Source: Bacilli bacterium (GTDB lineage: Bacteria; Bacillota_I; Bacilli_A; RF39; UBA660). Taken from it: a stretch of 64,000 nt of DNA. Positions within the stretch are counted from its first letter, which is position 1. Every line of letters begins with the position of its first letter. The position numbers and the translations under genes are program-made. Shown piece by piece: positions 53,901 to 59,333 of the stretch. The DNA is taken from assembly GCA_017553685.1 (NCBI GenBank), contig JAFZKH010000002.1, forward strand, positions 44,141 to 108,140, read 5' to 3'. The notes beneath the pieces are model-generated. The model made no database searches, was not told the origin of the DNA, and saw only the letters and a program-made list of their open reading frames with translations.

Positions 53901-54701
53901 GCTTACTTAACACCAATTACATATGATGATTCACTAGTAGCTATGGTTAATGGTATTAACTATAACTCATTACAACAAGCTGTTAATAAATCAGTTCAAA
54001 ACTGTACTTCTGGATCTACTTGTCCAAAAGTAACAATATTCTTAAATATTGAGTTAGATGCTGATTTAACAATTGCTAGTGGATATTCAGTAGATATTAA
54101 CTCTAATGGATTTAGTATTAGTACTAACGGATTTAATGTTGATCCTCATATTACTTTAGATGGAGCTGCTATAGAAGATGATACTCTTGGTGGTAATATC
54201 TTAAATAGTTTAAGAGGAATGCTTGGTTTTGATGAAACTGGTACTTCAGTATTAGTTTATGAAATGGCTGATGGTTCAGCATTAAGTTCAGAAAATCATT
54301 ATAGATTATATGAATATAATGGTAGTGACTATGACTTAGTTACTATGGAAAAAGGCGATGAAGTTGCTAGATATAATCCTGGTAAGGGAGTAACTAATAT
54401 GAAACCTATAAAAGGAAGATTATATTTAACAAACTTAGACCCTGGAAACTATAAAGTTTCTGATGATAATGGTAGTGAAGTAACATTTACTATTAATGAT
54501 GATGGAACTTTAAGTGGACATGTTAAAGAATATATTCCAAGTAATAATAAAATAGAATCAACTGGTGAAGCAAAATTACTAATTTCTATTCAAACTGGAA
54601 TAAGAAAAATTAACTATATGTTAATAGCAATTTCATTAATTGCAGTTTTATCTGTAATGTTTGTCTTAAAAAGAAAAAGTCAAAATAAAAATCTAGTTTA
54701 A
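41973..54701 (+). CDS. Giant (about 4,240 aa) cell-surface protein with signal peptide, CarboxypepD_reg/Cna-B-like domain, six or more Listeria-Bacteroides repeats, an Fn3-like domain, four tandem roughly 180-aa modules, a long parallel beta-helix region, and a C-terminal sorting-signal-like anchor
   Basis: Single uninterrupted ORF; the TGGAGG SD precedes the ATG at 41973. Domain motifs were read directly from the translation: GWYTDETL.../FCGWTKDG... repeats; repeated NYG/LDLNG beta-helix rungs; and a tail of IQTG, then a hydrophobic stretch, then KRKSQNK. Confidence 0.8.
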   Translation: MKKKRIGKVIAASLIVVLVAAIFGILKLSSVDKYKGLVTINKASLSSISTKLSANISDLSEDNNIEVKGYDEIDYNISYKLSEVPGERDVIINAKINENDQYATFKEVTGTDITSVLSADRKEITITLKNLPSNEEITSKVTMLIVNAPKGYTVRPSIRIKESTSDEYTTVAVRDVTVNTSSVQGTVIDEEGNRVPNIIIALKKNNQIIKETYTNSDGIYTLSDITPDTYSVVVNEENYEDLELNNLYIKDGNQLNLIVKKVFPYRIETNKYITKVELNNLGSKKDYLYNDVKLANIPVRKVNNLHGKIYYKITVQNTGEKAGIISSVKDELPEGLSFDEKLNSGYELKNGIIYNRNLEGIELSAGEQISDTLILTIENTDVAKTYINKVNARGELYEHVIYLLDGRTYKTLDVLEGETIDEPTVSAQNFSGWYTDETLTNKYKFELPVEKDLILYGVTAKKHIVKFNDKHPETLVETPYDEKEVDNGEPVTKPATDPEKEGYDFCGWTKDGVVWDFHTPVTEDLTLVSKYCIKSYKVEFYDKSASNGAEYEKIGDISKEYKSTLSNSEAPDLSNAWIGHNFLRWTTDQAGDTEYSFNTQIKENIKLYAQYSLQDRSFIFNDENRITEKFVKYGETVEAITDQGKDGHSFVHWSLEVNGQTPFDFSTPIYQTTTVYAVYQINQYHVIFNDTDPWTNVTEQYDDQIVNHGGNAIEPVEPQKEGHTFCGWKLNGNDYNFSTQVTDNITLDSCYTKNKVNVYFMNDTDIWETKEVPYADKVTAPLTSPTKEHKIFSYWSEDGITPFDYDTQIKEEKYLYSVFEDITPPIIAHQPLYWTNDKVLVTISHASPVLTFKYKVDDGAYEDYAGAFELSTNSTIVAKSLYEDTESEIVSHDVTNIDKLNPEIGDITFTPSQTTILISGTMTDNQSGIAQIRVYRDNTTSGTINGTVIDADLRDYTKTKDMNVVVSELEPDTEYTFRIVVTDGAGNESEQTVTASTSPVEPICQIISVDGVDLNPDDYMPFTLLEYAIEDSHCDNKCTIQMLKSTNESVEILNTQDITLDLNGKTVAGVLPGYTVNNMGEFTLIDNGTSTGGLINGNGIAVYNNENAKFTMGEGSSDPTTDGLGRTVSITAPYVFGDSYGVYSEHDALFSFFDGKVRGTNAIQGEVNETEYLYNATSSQVNDYEEVILAIQTEPEARINKSKYYSNINVATVDAKGGTSEIQQSQDSFLSGFTHVDTDPIINVEQVNPNGFPFVYDAENDILKSGNQYYGSMAFTETIIDLTNYAEDQVFEIEYYVNPNVDGSKGNYNIQVYPITDDNVILSSAVYTIYNNDNLRAYRLTAGRKYKVSISYLQPVSLVKAEYTDNGYGLEILPYYNSIPESRLVITRASLHVEERTKTDEELIDGNNKAVGFYYDPTTDTIRSDSQYDKTSDSAYAYGYYELDLTNYEGEYEINLTASLETYGNSYGCAYITEDNYNNTKDCYANSTNKMLVNFYSYSSSSYDTEPYTGYPLGYDIVGPYTGYRTLQGGKKYYLNLVYLKYNLERRPEKEGFIENDIADQFIVNNIKIYKTGNTQDIDMAAEVKGTAFDYDNPFTFNNVEYYGLQHFNNSDVNDSYIKIDLTDATSDKLFEFDRYGSTYYNYYSTYITTNNRALTVDEVKTNRRDLALVKDDIYATGNIYRYDDNSSYSYGGGTNKIYLEKGNVYYIHFNVRLGAYGYSYHNDEYDCNSTSGYCGDMISGMRLRDTSNTILNMGKLPITVGSVNVDNSEEESTTITQSTGDVVNPNGMMTGSYVWDSDRNMYVLAHPIEYYQAAGWTGEIDLTNETESSLYQFLYEYDPTGNLSIYAYYTVDELYPIKYTNYGSGPAYPEGYNYISTNGYINLEPGHKYYLYVMSYRNSRSNITTNAFRFDKVEGDRTKEYTKGEKVISFNEDVDEIQLLKNIQLSSTLVFDYDKEVVLDLNGYKLTSNLNGALINNYGKLTIKDSHYENQTSETKTHRGILESTAGNIIKNNIDAELIIKNVRINIDTKSRYGIENYGNVKFADGYDSKIYVNALRAYGIYNYSSGRIDDTSDSIEIVMNYRNQAELPYSSLYKSLYDSNQISYYSSYINTGIYNSGYYNASGMKISGKHGTGFDNQSSGTAVIKTSNISVDINTYDKRLHDEYSDYNYRYVYTSRYGTDYYATITDYSIKNAGTMTLMNGTNVGTRTYNTGQLFVTNSSTLDYLDNENKLVANNWAEMSNLLNKNSTIFFDVSYGVTNQIDNYGDLQLRNYSATSSTINNYSELTGDSLNLGTINNEGNMRFVNGSSKYVNNAGTARAENFSVIADPDVHSENIKNSGILNLTQNCTIGDSSNPTTYGILMVPAGGGAQSNPYKQVELNMGIEGTTNSPNIYVYGKNTGIAGNCYRTKKNPVYSITGTGSNERVNASVGDYFQYLNGDIEVLDQSNYDQDLCVFNMYNGYVTSIDNPNTPVKAVSIPINNTLDNEYTYFGGGLRLFDKDQAISTNYTSNVVKIGNTDYISLQDAVDSITTDTPTTIDILWYTDVSSVVIPEGRNITLNFTQDHNSFVYARDGGIINYGNLTVQGAGKLINIGKYAFINYGTITFAGGDYLDNWQYTRMERSLLKNYGTAIVNDGSISGLDLNNFGELTINNGSLKGTMVYGTGTDSLTTIKGGYFYGTSSETIDTYHGFKTEVKEYKTNLSWRHMIELNQGATAVIDGLNTETDTRYTYVRPIAHLDNSTLIFKNSVIKELSSEYNPIRYISAEYNSNVIFESGTYENIYIDDNASKVTVTGGSLSAYSNEDVNYNLMFLHGSTPKAEVTGGELYSKKRAIGLSDFTNGYEIVIGTKGDKDENDELIVSKTSPSITGDIYSVAKYGSGSGVGYTGFFDGILKGSTAASDINFDEIEDDFEIIDDTETSKFTKYLDQKDLVYNSTTGVTYKSFQKAFSEATNGDQLETLRTYTNTKTTATIVIPETSNFTLHIKHEITVNNDTFIVNNGTAEFISYPTTVTNNVSHEGRISVNVASKVFVNNGTLTLKVNMDDLKSDGTNREVILNEEGATLNVDRSNITSVQRVILNNAGTLNMNVGGTESNHTSTIFTMVYVPGDSSSVDYALVNTGTANINYFTLDSQYIRPILFNSGRMVVDHSLFNQTGSIINVAATQSGLESPVYNYNYLEIKNSNLYYVPSKINYDSIYMYLYTITGYYFSSSPENTLGNNENATLILDNNSMDTSVLGLVYQDGYIRSYGYQNDIHYALLKTVPNQVIVKNSELHNMAGVVQARGYVDIQFIDNTFNIRDFFIQSFSKRESYRNYYDNRVLTIYAPQLKESDGASESVDIRSNVLIDGGTYNTNAYIYVDRDYTALTNETLTITTQSYMFHISPLEINCPTVIRDATINVSPLASKSNHQSYYSEYDAIFEEYIKKIEGRPSSYQNMIYTTSTWNWLGAVTTFQPVTVINSEISVTDADSEMPAIKGYSENAIITIGEKDGNYNESSPRLFSQKTGYPVSFYRNLGGVNFYDGVIETGASYGILVYNEMEDLDKHFLDKETDYIITGTSKKRYLSRESIIKNVTQDIEYSDINQAFNSANSGDELEVLVNYVPTGIETYTINSKEFTLDLKGLLFTVNLEVSNASDISIVDTIGGGKVSSAKVYDTSELSINNNSINIDGYNSSIINIARESKCTINMHDNSVLNFENTIVPNAQNINANVNTAAFMYDDSSINITDSKIARVELNDNSTYASTCTTDADLYVATFDNNSTETIEISCGRYGAGTNNGSVHIIGGKYGDYSSIDNYGTTVFDGGGTHSIYNRDVGIVTINDGTFYRVNNVGQMTVNGSNITELRGGGILNITGGYIKDMINGSTTTMTGGTIGKYIHSGTFNLLGGKLGMLTTQTGTINIGVKDGIINSEEPEINTEYYYSETPYTGLSIHDGTILNFYDGFVIGASSPGAITGKISDTEPGYKIGVVDIGDGKEKAYLTPITYDDSLVAMVNGINYNSLQQAVNKSVQNCTSGSTCPKVTIFLNIELDADLTIASGYSVDINSNGFSISTNGFNVDPHITLDGAAIEDDTLGGNILNSLRGMLGFDETGTSVLVYEMADGSALSSENHYRLYEYNGSDYDLVTMEKGDEVARYNPGKGVTNMKPIKGRLYLTNLDPGNYKVSDDNGSEVTFTINDDGTLSGHVKEYIPSNNKIESTGEAKLLISIQTGIRKINYMLIAISLIAVLSVMFVLKRKSQNKNLV

Positions 54702-54758
54702 TAACTAGATTTTTATTTGCAAATAAAGTATAATAAAGTTTATAGGATGGTGATAATC

Positions 54759-56042
54759 ATGAGAAATCTTTTACCTGCAGATACTTATATAGTTGTTAAT
54801 AAAACTATTCTTAGTGATAATGATAGAAAGATTTTAACTATGCTTTATCAACCAATAATAGGTAGTATTAGTACAAACCTATATAATACTTTATGTTTAA
54901 ATTTAGATAAGAATGAATTTATGAGTGATGAATTTACTCATCATTCTTTAATGGTTAATAATAAAATTAATCTAGAAGATATATTAGAAGCTAGAGAAAA
55001 ATTAGAGGGTATAGGTCTTTTAAAGACGTTTGTAAAAGAAAAAGAAGATTCTAATTCATATGTATATGAGTTATTTTCTCCACTTAGTGCAAGTGAATTT
55101 TTCTCACATCCAATACTTAATATAGTTTTATATAATAATGTTGGTAAAAAGGAATATGAAAGATTAGTTTTATATTTTAAAGTACCTAGAATTAATCTTA
55201 GTGAATATGAAGATGTAACTAAGAGTTTTGATGATATATTCTCATCAGTACCATCATCTTCATTTATTAATAATTTAATAGATGTTAAAGAAGTATCTAA
55301 AAATAATTTAAAATTAAATTATAATTTTGATTTTGATTTACTTATTAGTTCATTTCCTAAGGAAACTATTAATGAAAAGACATTTAATAAAGAAAATAGA
55401 GAGTTAATAGAGTATTTATCATATATTTATAACTTAGATACATTAGAGCTAAAAGACCTTATTATTAGCTCTTTAAATGATAAATTAATGATAGATAAAG
55501 TACTTCTTAGAAAGAATGCTAGAAACTATTATCAATATCAAAATAATGGTAAATTGCCAACATTAATTTATCAAAATCAACCAGAATATTTAAGAAGTCC
55601 TGAAGGAAAAGATAGTAAGAGAGCTAAAATGGTTTATACATTTGAAACAACATCTCCTTATAACTTCTTAAAGAATAAATATAATGGTAGTAAACCAACA
55701 TCTAGAGATCTTAAATTAATCGAAGATCTAATGGTAGATGTAGGATTAAAACCAGGTGTAGTAAATGTATTAATTGACTATGCTTTAAGAGTTAATAATA
55801 ATAAACTTAATAAAGCTTTTATAGAAACTATTGCAGGTCAATGGAAGAGACTTAATATTGAAACTGCTGAAGGTGCAATGGAACAAGCATCTAAAGAAAG
55901 TAAAAGTAAAAAAGTAAAAGAAACTATCTATAAAAAGAAAGAAGTTAATTTACCTGAATGGTTTAATAGAGAAAATACTAAAGAAGAAATTAGTAAAGAT
56001 GAAGAGGATGAAGTAAAAAAATTATTAGAAGACTTTTCATAG
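54759..56042 (+). CDS. DnaB-like replication initiation / helicase-loading protein (Firmicutes DnaB/DnaD family)
   Basis: The N-terminal pattern LLPADTYIVVNKTILSDNDRKILTMLYQPIIGSISTNLYNTL is typical of Firmicutes DnaB. It lies immediately upstream of dnaI. A TTG at 54717 and an ATG at 54747 are alternative starts. Confidence 0.6.
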   Translation: MRNLLPADTYIVVNKTILSDNDRKILTMLYQPIIGSISTNLYNTLCLNLDKNEFMSDEFTHHSLMVNNKINLEDILEAREKLEGIGLLKTFVKEKEDSNSYVYELFSPLSASEFFSHPILNIVLYNNVGKKEYERLVLYFKVPRINLSEYEDVTKSFDDIFSSVPSSSFINNLIDVKEVSKNNLKLNYNFDFDLLISSFPKETINEKTFNKENRELIEYLSYIYNLDTLELKDLIISSLNDKLMIDKVLLRKNARNYYQYQNNGKLPTLIYQNQPEYLRSPEGKDSKRAKMVYTFETTSPYNFLKNKYNGSKPTSRDLKLIEDLMVDVGLKPGVVNVLIDYALRVNNNKLNKAFIETIAGQWKRLNIETAEGAMEQASKESKSKKVKETIYKKKEVNLPEWFNRENTKEEISKDEEDEVKKLLEDFS

Positions 56043-56051
56043 AGGTGTTAT

Positions 56052-56957
56052 ATGAAAGATATTAAAGATGCAAATATTAAAACTAAAAAGATTAATCTAG
56101 AAGCAGAATATCTAAAAGCTAAGAAAGATCCTAATTTTGTTAAGATTATTACTAGTTTAGATATAGATGATAAAGAACTTATGAAATATACTTCTAAATT
56201 AATGCAATGCGCTAATGAATTAGATAATAATGGTCATAAAGAAGATAAATCATATTCATATAATGAAGTTCCTGGTTTTATTCTTACACCATATGTAGTA
56301 GATGGTATACTTAATTTTAAATATGTTGCATGTAAAGAAAAAGAAGAAGAATTAGAGAATGCAGAATATTTAAAAAATGGATATAGATTTGAAGTTTCTA
56401 AAGATATTAGAAATGCTAAAATGAAAGATATATATACTGATGATAAGAATAGAGTACCACTTATTAAATATGTTACTAGTTTTATCAAAGATTATAAAGC
56501 AGGTAAAAAAGTTAAAGGTTTATATTTAAGTGGTAATTTTGGTACAGGTAAATCATATATTATATCTGCCATGCTTAATGAACTTGTTAAAGATGGTTAT
56601 AAAGTAGCTATGATTTATTATCCAGAATTTCTTAGAATTCTTAAATCATCATTTAAAACTGATTTTGATGAAGAATATGATTATGCTAGAAAAGTAGATT
56701 TATTACTACTTGATGATATAGGTGCAGAAAATATTACATCTTGGTCTAGAGATGAAATATTAGGACCTATTCTTCAATATAGAATGGATAATAATTTACC
56801 AACATTCTTTACATCTAATTTAAATCTAAATGAGTTAGAAACTCATTTATCAGAAAGTAAAAATGATGTAGATAAATTAAAAGCAAAAAGAATTATTGAA
56901 CGTATTAAATATTTAACAAATGAATTAACATTAATTAGTGAAAATAAAAGAAAATAA
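56052..56957 (+). CDS. dnaI: Primosomal helicase loader DnaI (AAA+ ATPase)
   Basis: Walker A GNFGTGKSYI, Walker B LLLLDDIG and a DnaC/DnaI-type C-terminus. Confidence 0.8.
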   Translation: MKDIKDANIKTKKINLEAEYLKAKKDPNFVKIITSLDIDDKELMKYTSKLMQCANELDNNGHKEDKSYSYNEVPGFILTPYVVDGILNFKYVACKEKEEELENAEYLKNGYRFEVSKDIRNAKMKDIYTDDKNRVPLIKYVTSFIKDYKAGKKVKGLYLSGNFGTGKSYIISAMLNELVKDGYKVAMIYYPEFLRILKSSFKTDFDEEYDYARKVDLLLLDDIGAENITSWSRDEILGPILQYRMDNNLPTFFTSNLNLNELETHLSESKNDVDKLKAKRIIERIKYLTNELTLISENKRK

Positions 56958-56975
56958 TTATTTTCAGGGTGGTTT

Positions 56976-58061
56976 ATGGAAAGAATACATGAGTTTATAA
57001 ATATTTTATTTAGTGATAATGTAGCTGGTAGTGTATATGATTTTTATAATGAAAACAGTGAATCTTTACGCCCTAAATGGAGAGATGAATACTTATTTTT
57101 AAAATATTATAGAGCAAATATTATTGATACTTATATTAGAGCACCTAAATCCACTAGAGATTTATTATTTAATAGTTTTAAAGATAATAATATAAATACT
57201 AGTTTGTTTAGTGGCGTAGTAGAAAATTTAAATTCATATATAGCTAAAGAGGGAGAAAGAATCTATCCTTGTGGTATAAGAGGATTATTTGATTATGCTA
57301 CTGATTCTTTATATGAAAAACTATGTAGAGATGATGAATCAATAATAGAAGCTATTATATCAGAATGTCATTTATTAACTATGGATGATGTTAAAGAGAG
57401 TAATCCTATAGTAACAGGTTATTATAAGTTTACTCCTGATGAAATAAAAACTTTAGAAAAGGCATCTTGTTTTCCAGCTATAGTTGATCAAGCTCATTTA
57501 TTATATGATGAAATGGGCCCTTCTAGAGAGTTATATTGTAATTATGAATTAATAGAAAATGATTTATTTAGAGAATATGCTTTCCATACTGATAATGATA
57601 ATGATGTATTTAATATAATTGATGCTAATGGAAGAATTATAAGATATTTCCAAGGAGATATTAGTTTTTATGATGGTTTTTTTTCAGATTTATTAATTCT
57701 TACTAAATTATATTTTATTTGGATATATCGCGAAAATGTTTTAGAAGAAGAACCTGATGATGAAGATGATACTTTTGATGAGTATGATGATGCTGAGAAA
57801 GAATCAATGATAGAAGATTTATTGAAAATTATTCAAGATATTCCAGAAAAAGAAAAAGCTGAAATTGTGTCTTATATGGATGGAGATCCTGAGTATGAAA
57901 GTATAAGCCCTAAAGCATATGAAAGAACAATGAAAAAAGCTATAGAATTTGCTTGGGATAAAGTACAAAAAGCATCTTGTCGATATTCAAGAAGAATGAT
58001 AGAAATGGCACAAGAAGATTATCAAAGAGTTGAAAAACTAATATATACATATAAGTTATAG
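56976..58061 (+). CDS. Hypothetical acidic protein, paralog 1, in the ytxB/ytxC position
   Basis: Soluble protein with an acidic patch (EEEPDDEDDTFDEYDD). It is a clear paralog of the next ORF. Confidence 0.55.
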   Translation: MERIHEFINILFSDNVAGSVYDFYNENSESLRPKWRDEYLFLKYYRANIIDTYIRAPKSTRDLLFNSFKDNNINTSLFSGVVENLNSYIAKEGERIYPCGIRGLFDYATDSLYEKLCRDDESIIEAIISECHLLTMDDVKESNPIVTGYYKFTPDEIKTLEKASCFPAIVDQAHLLYDEMGPSRELYCNYELIENDLFREYAFHTDNDNDVFNIIDANGRIIRYFQGDISFYDGFFSDLLILTKLYFIWIYRENVLEEEPDDEDDTFDEYDDAEKESMIEDLLKIIQDIPEKEKAEIVSYMDGDPEYESISPKAYERTMKKAIEFAWDKVQKASCRYSRRMIEMAQEDYQRVEKLIYTYKL

Positions 58062-58070
58062 AGGCCATAT

Positions 58071-59084
58071 ATGATAGATATTAATAAACTCATTAATTTA
58101 TTAAATAGAAGAGAATCAAATAAAAAAATTAGTAAACTATATAAAAAATATAGCAAAGATTTATTTAAAGAAGTTAGAAGTTTACCAAAATTTAGGGCAT
58201 ATATTAAGTCTGCAGTAATAGCAGATTTTAATGAATCACATGAAAGAGAAACAATAGATACTATGTTACGTAATTTAGAAAACACATCTATTTTCAGTGA
58301 TTATGTAGCAAATGTTATTTTTATGATGAATGCATCATGTTCAAAAGTTGGAGATAAAACAGGAAGAGTAACAAAAGATGAAATAAATGAATTATTTGAA
58401 TTTGAGGGTAGTTTAGATTTATTAGATTTAAATGATAGAGAAGATGAAATCCTTAATATAATTAAAGACATGAGTGGTTTTGTTACTTTTGATGAAATAA
58501 TAAGTGGTGACTATAAAAAAAGTAAGAATTTTAATGGTAATACTTTAACAGTTGGAGAAATTAGAAATCTTTTCTATGTTAAAATGATACCAGGTATAAC
58601 ACAATATATTCATAGAAAATATGATGATCAAGTAGATGGTGAAGTTCATTGCTTATTTCCTGATATAGAAGAATCATTAAAAAGATTTGCTTTTCATTCA
58701 AAAAGTTGTAGATCTTGTTTTTTAATAGTATTTGATGATGAAACTATAATCTCATATAATAATGGTGAATATAGATTCTTACCATATAAGTTTTCACATG
58801 TAATATATTTAACTAAGTTAGAAATATTAACATATTTAGCATATGGTGCTGATGATGATAATGAAGATATGGTTTTAAGAATGCTTGCAGATGATGGAGA
58901 ATATGCAAATACTAGTATTAGTGATATGGATGATGAATTGTTTGAGCAATTAACAAGATTCGCATATAACTATATTAGATCATTTTTAGATGAATTTACT
59001 TTTGAGTTTTCTGAAATTATGATTAAAGATGCTAAAGAAAAAATAGGTAAGTATAAAATATTATCATCTAAATATAAATTATAA
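58071..59084 (+). CDS. Hypothetical acidic protein, paralog 2 (possibly YtxC-like)
   Basis: It shares the blocks AFHxxxxxxxFxIxDxxxxIIxY and LTKLxxxxYxxxxxxDD(N)ED with the upstream ORF. Confidence 0.55.
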   Translation: MIDINKLINLLNRRESNKKISKLYKKYSKDLFKEVRSLPKFRAYIKSAVIADFNESHERETIDTMLRNLENTSIFSDYVANVIFMMNASCSKVGDKTGRVTKDEINELFEFEGSLDLLDLNDREDEILNIIKDMSGFVTFDEIISGDYKKSKNFNGNTLTVGEIRNLFYVKMIPGITQYIHRKYDDQVDGEVHCLFPDIEESLKRFAFHSKSCRSCFLIVFDDETIISYNNGEYRFLPYKFSHVIYLTKLEILTYLAYGADDDNEDMVLRMLADDGEYANTSISDMDDELFEQLTRFAYNYIRSFLDEFTFEFSEIMIKDAKEKIGKYKILSSKYKL

Positions 59085-59099
59085 ACTTATTTACAAATA

Positions 59100-59325
59100 T
59101 TAATAAAAGAGTTATAATTAACTTGTAAATCAATGAGGAAAGACATGATTTATATATTTGATTTATAGAGAGTTACCGGTTGGTGTAAGGTAATATGATA
59201 TATATAAGTTACTACTTTCTAAGAGGATTAATAAATCCCGGCATAGCCGTTATATTAATTAAGTAAACAAAGGATGGTACCGCCTAAATAGGCTCCTTAT
59301 ACCATCCTTTTTTTGTTTAAAAAGG
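59100..59325 (+). promoter_or_regulatory. T-box leader (Thr specifier) with terminator/antiterminator upstream of thrS
   Basis: An AGAGAG element, an ACC codon in the specifier region, the T-box core AAAGGATGGTACCGCC, and a terminator stem AAGGATGGTA/TACCATCCTT followed by T7. Confidence 0.7.
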
Positions 59326-59333
59326 AGGAAATT

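Noticed and set aside
56234-58285. Minus-strand ORFs 56234-56488 and 58022-58285
   Set aside because: Antisense to dnaI and to the paralog junction. No SD or motif support.
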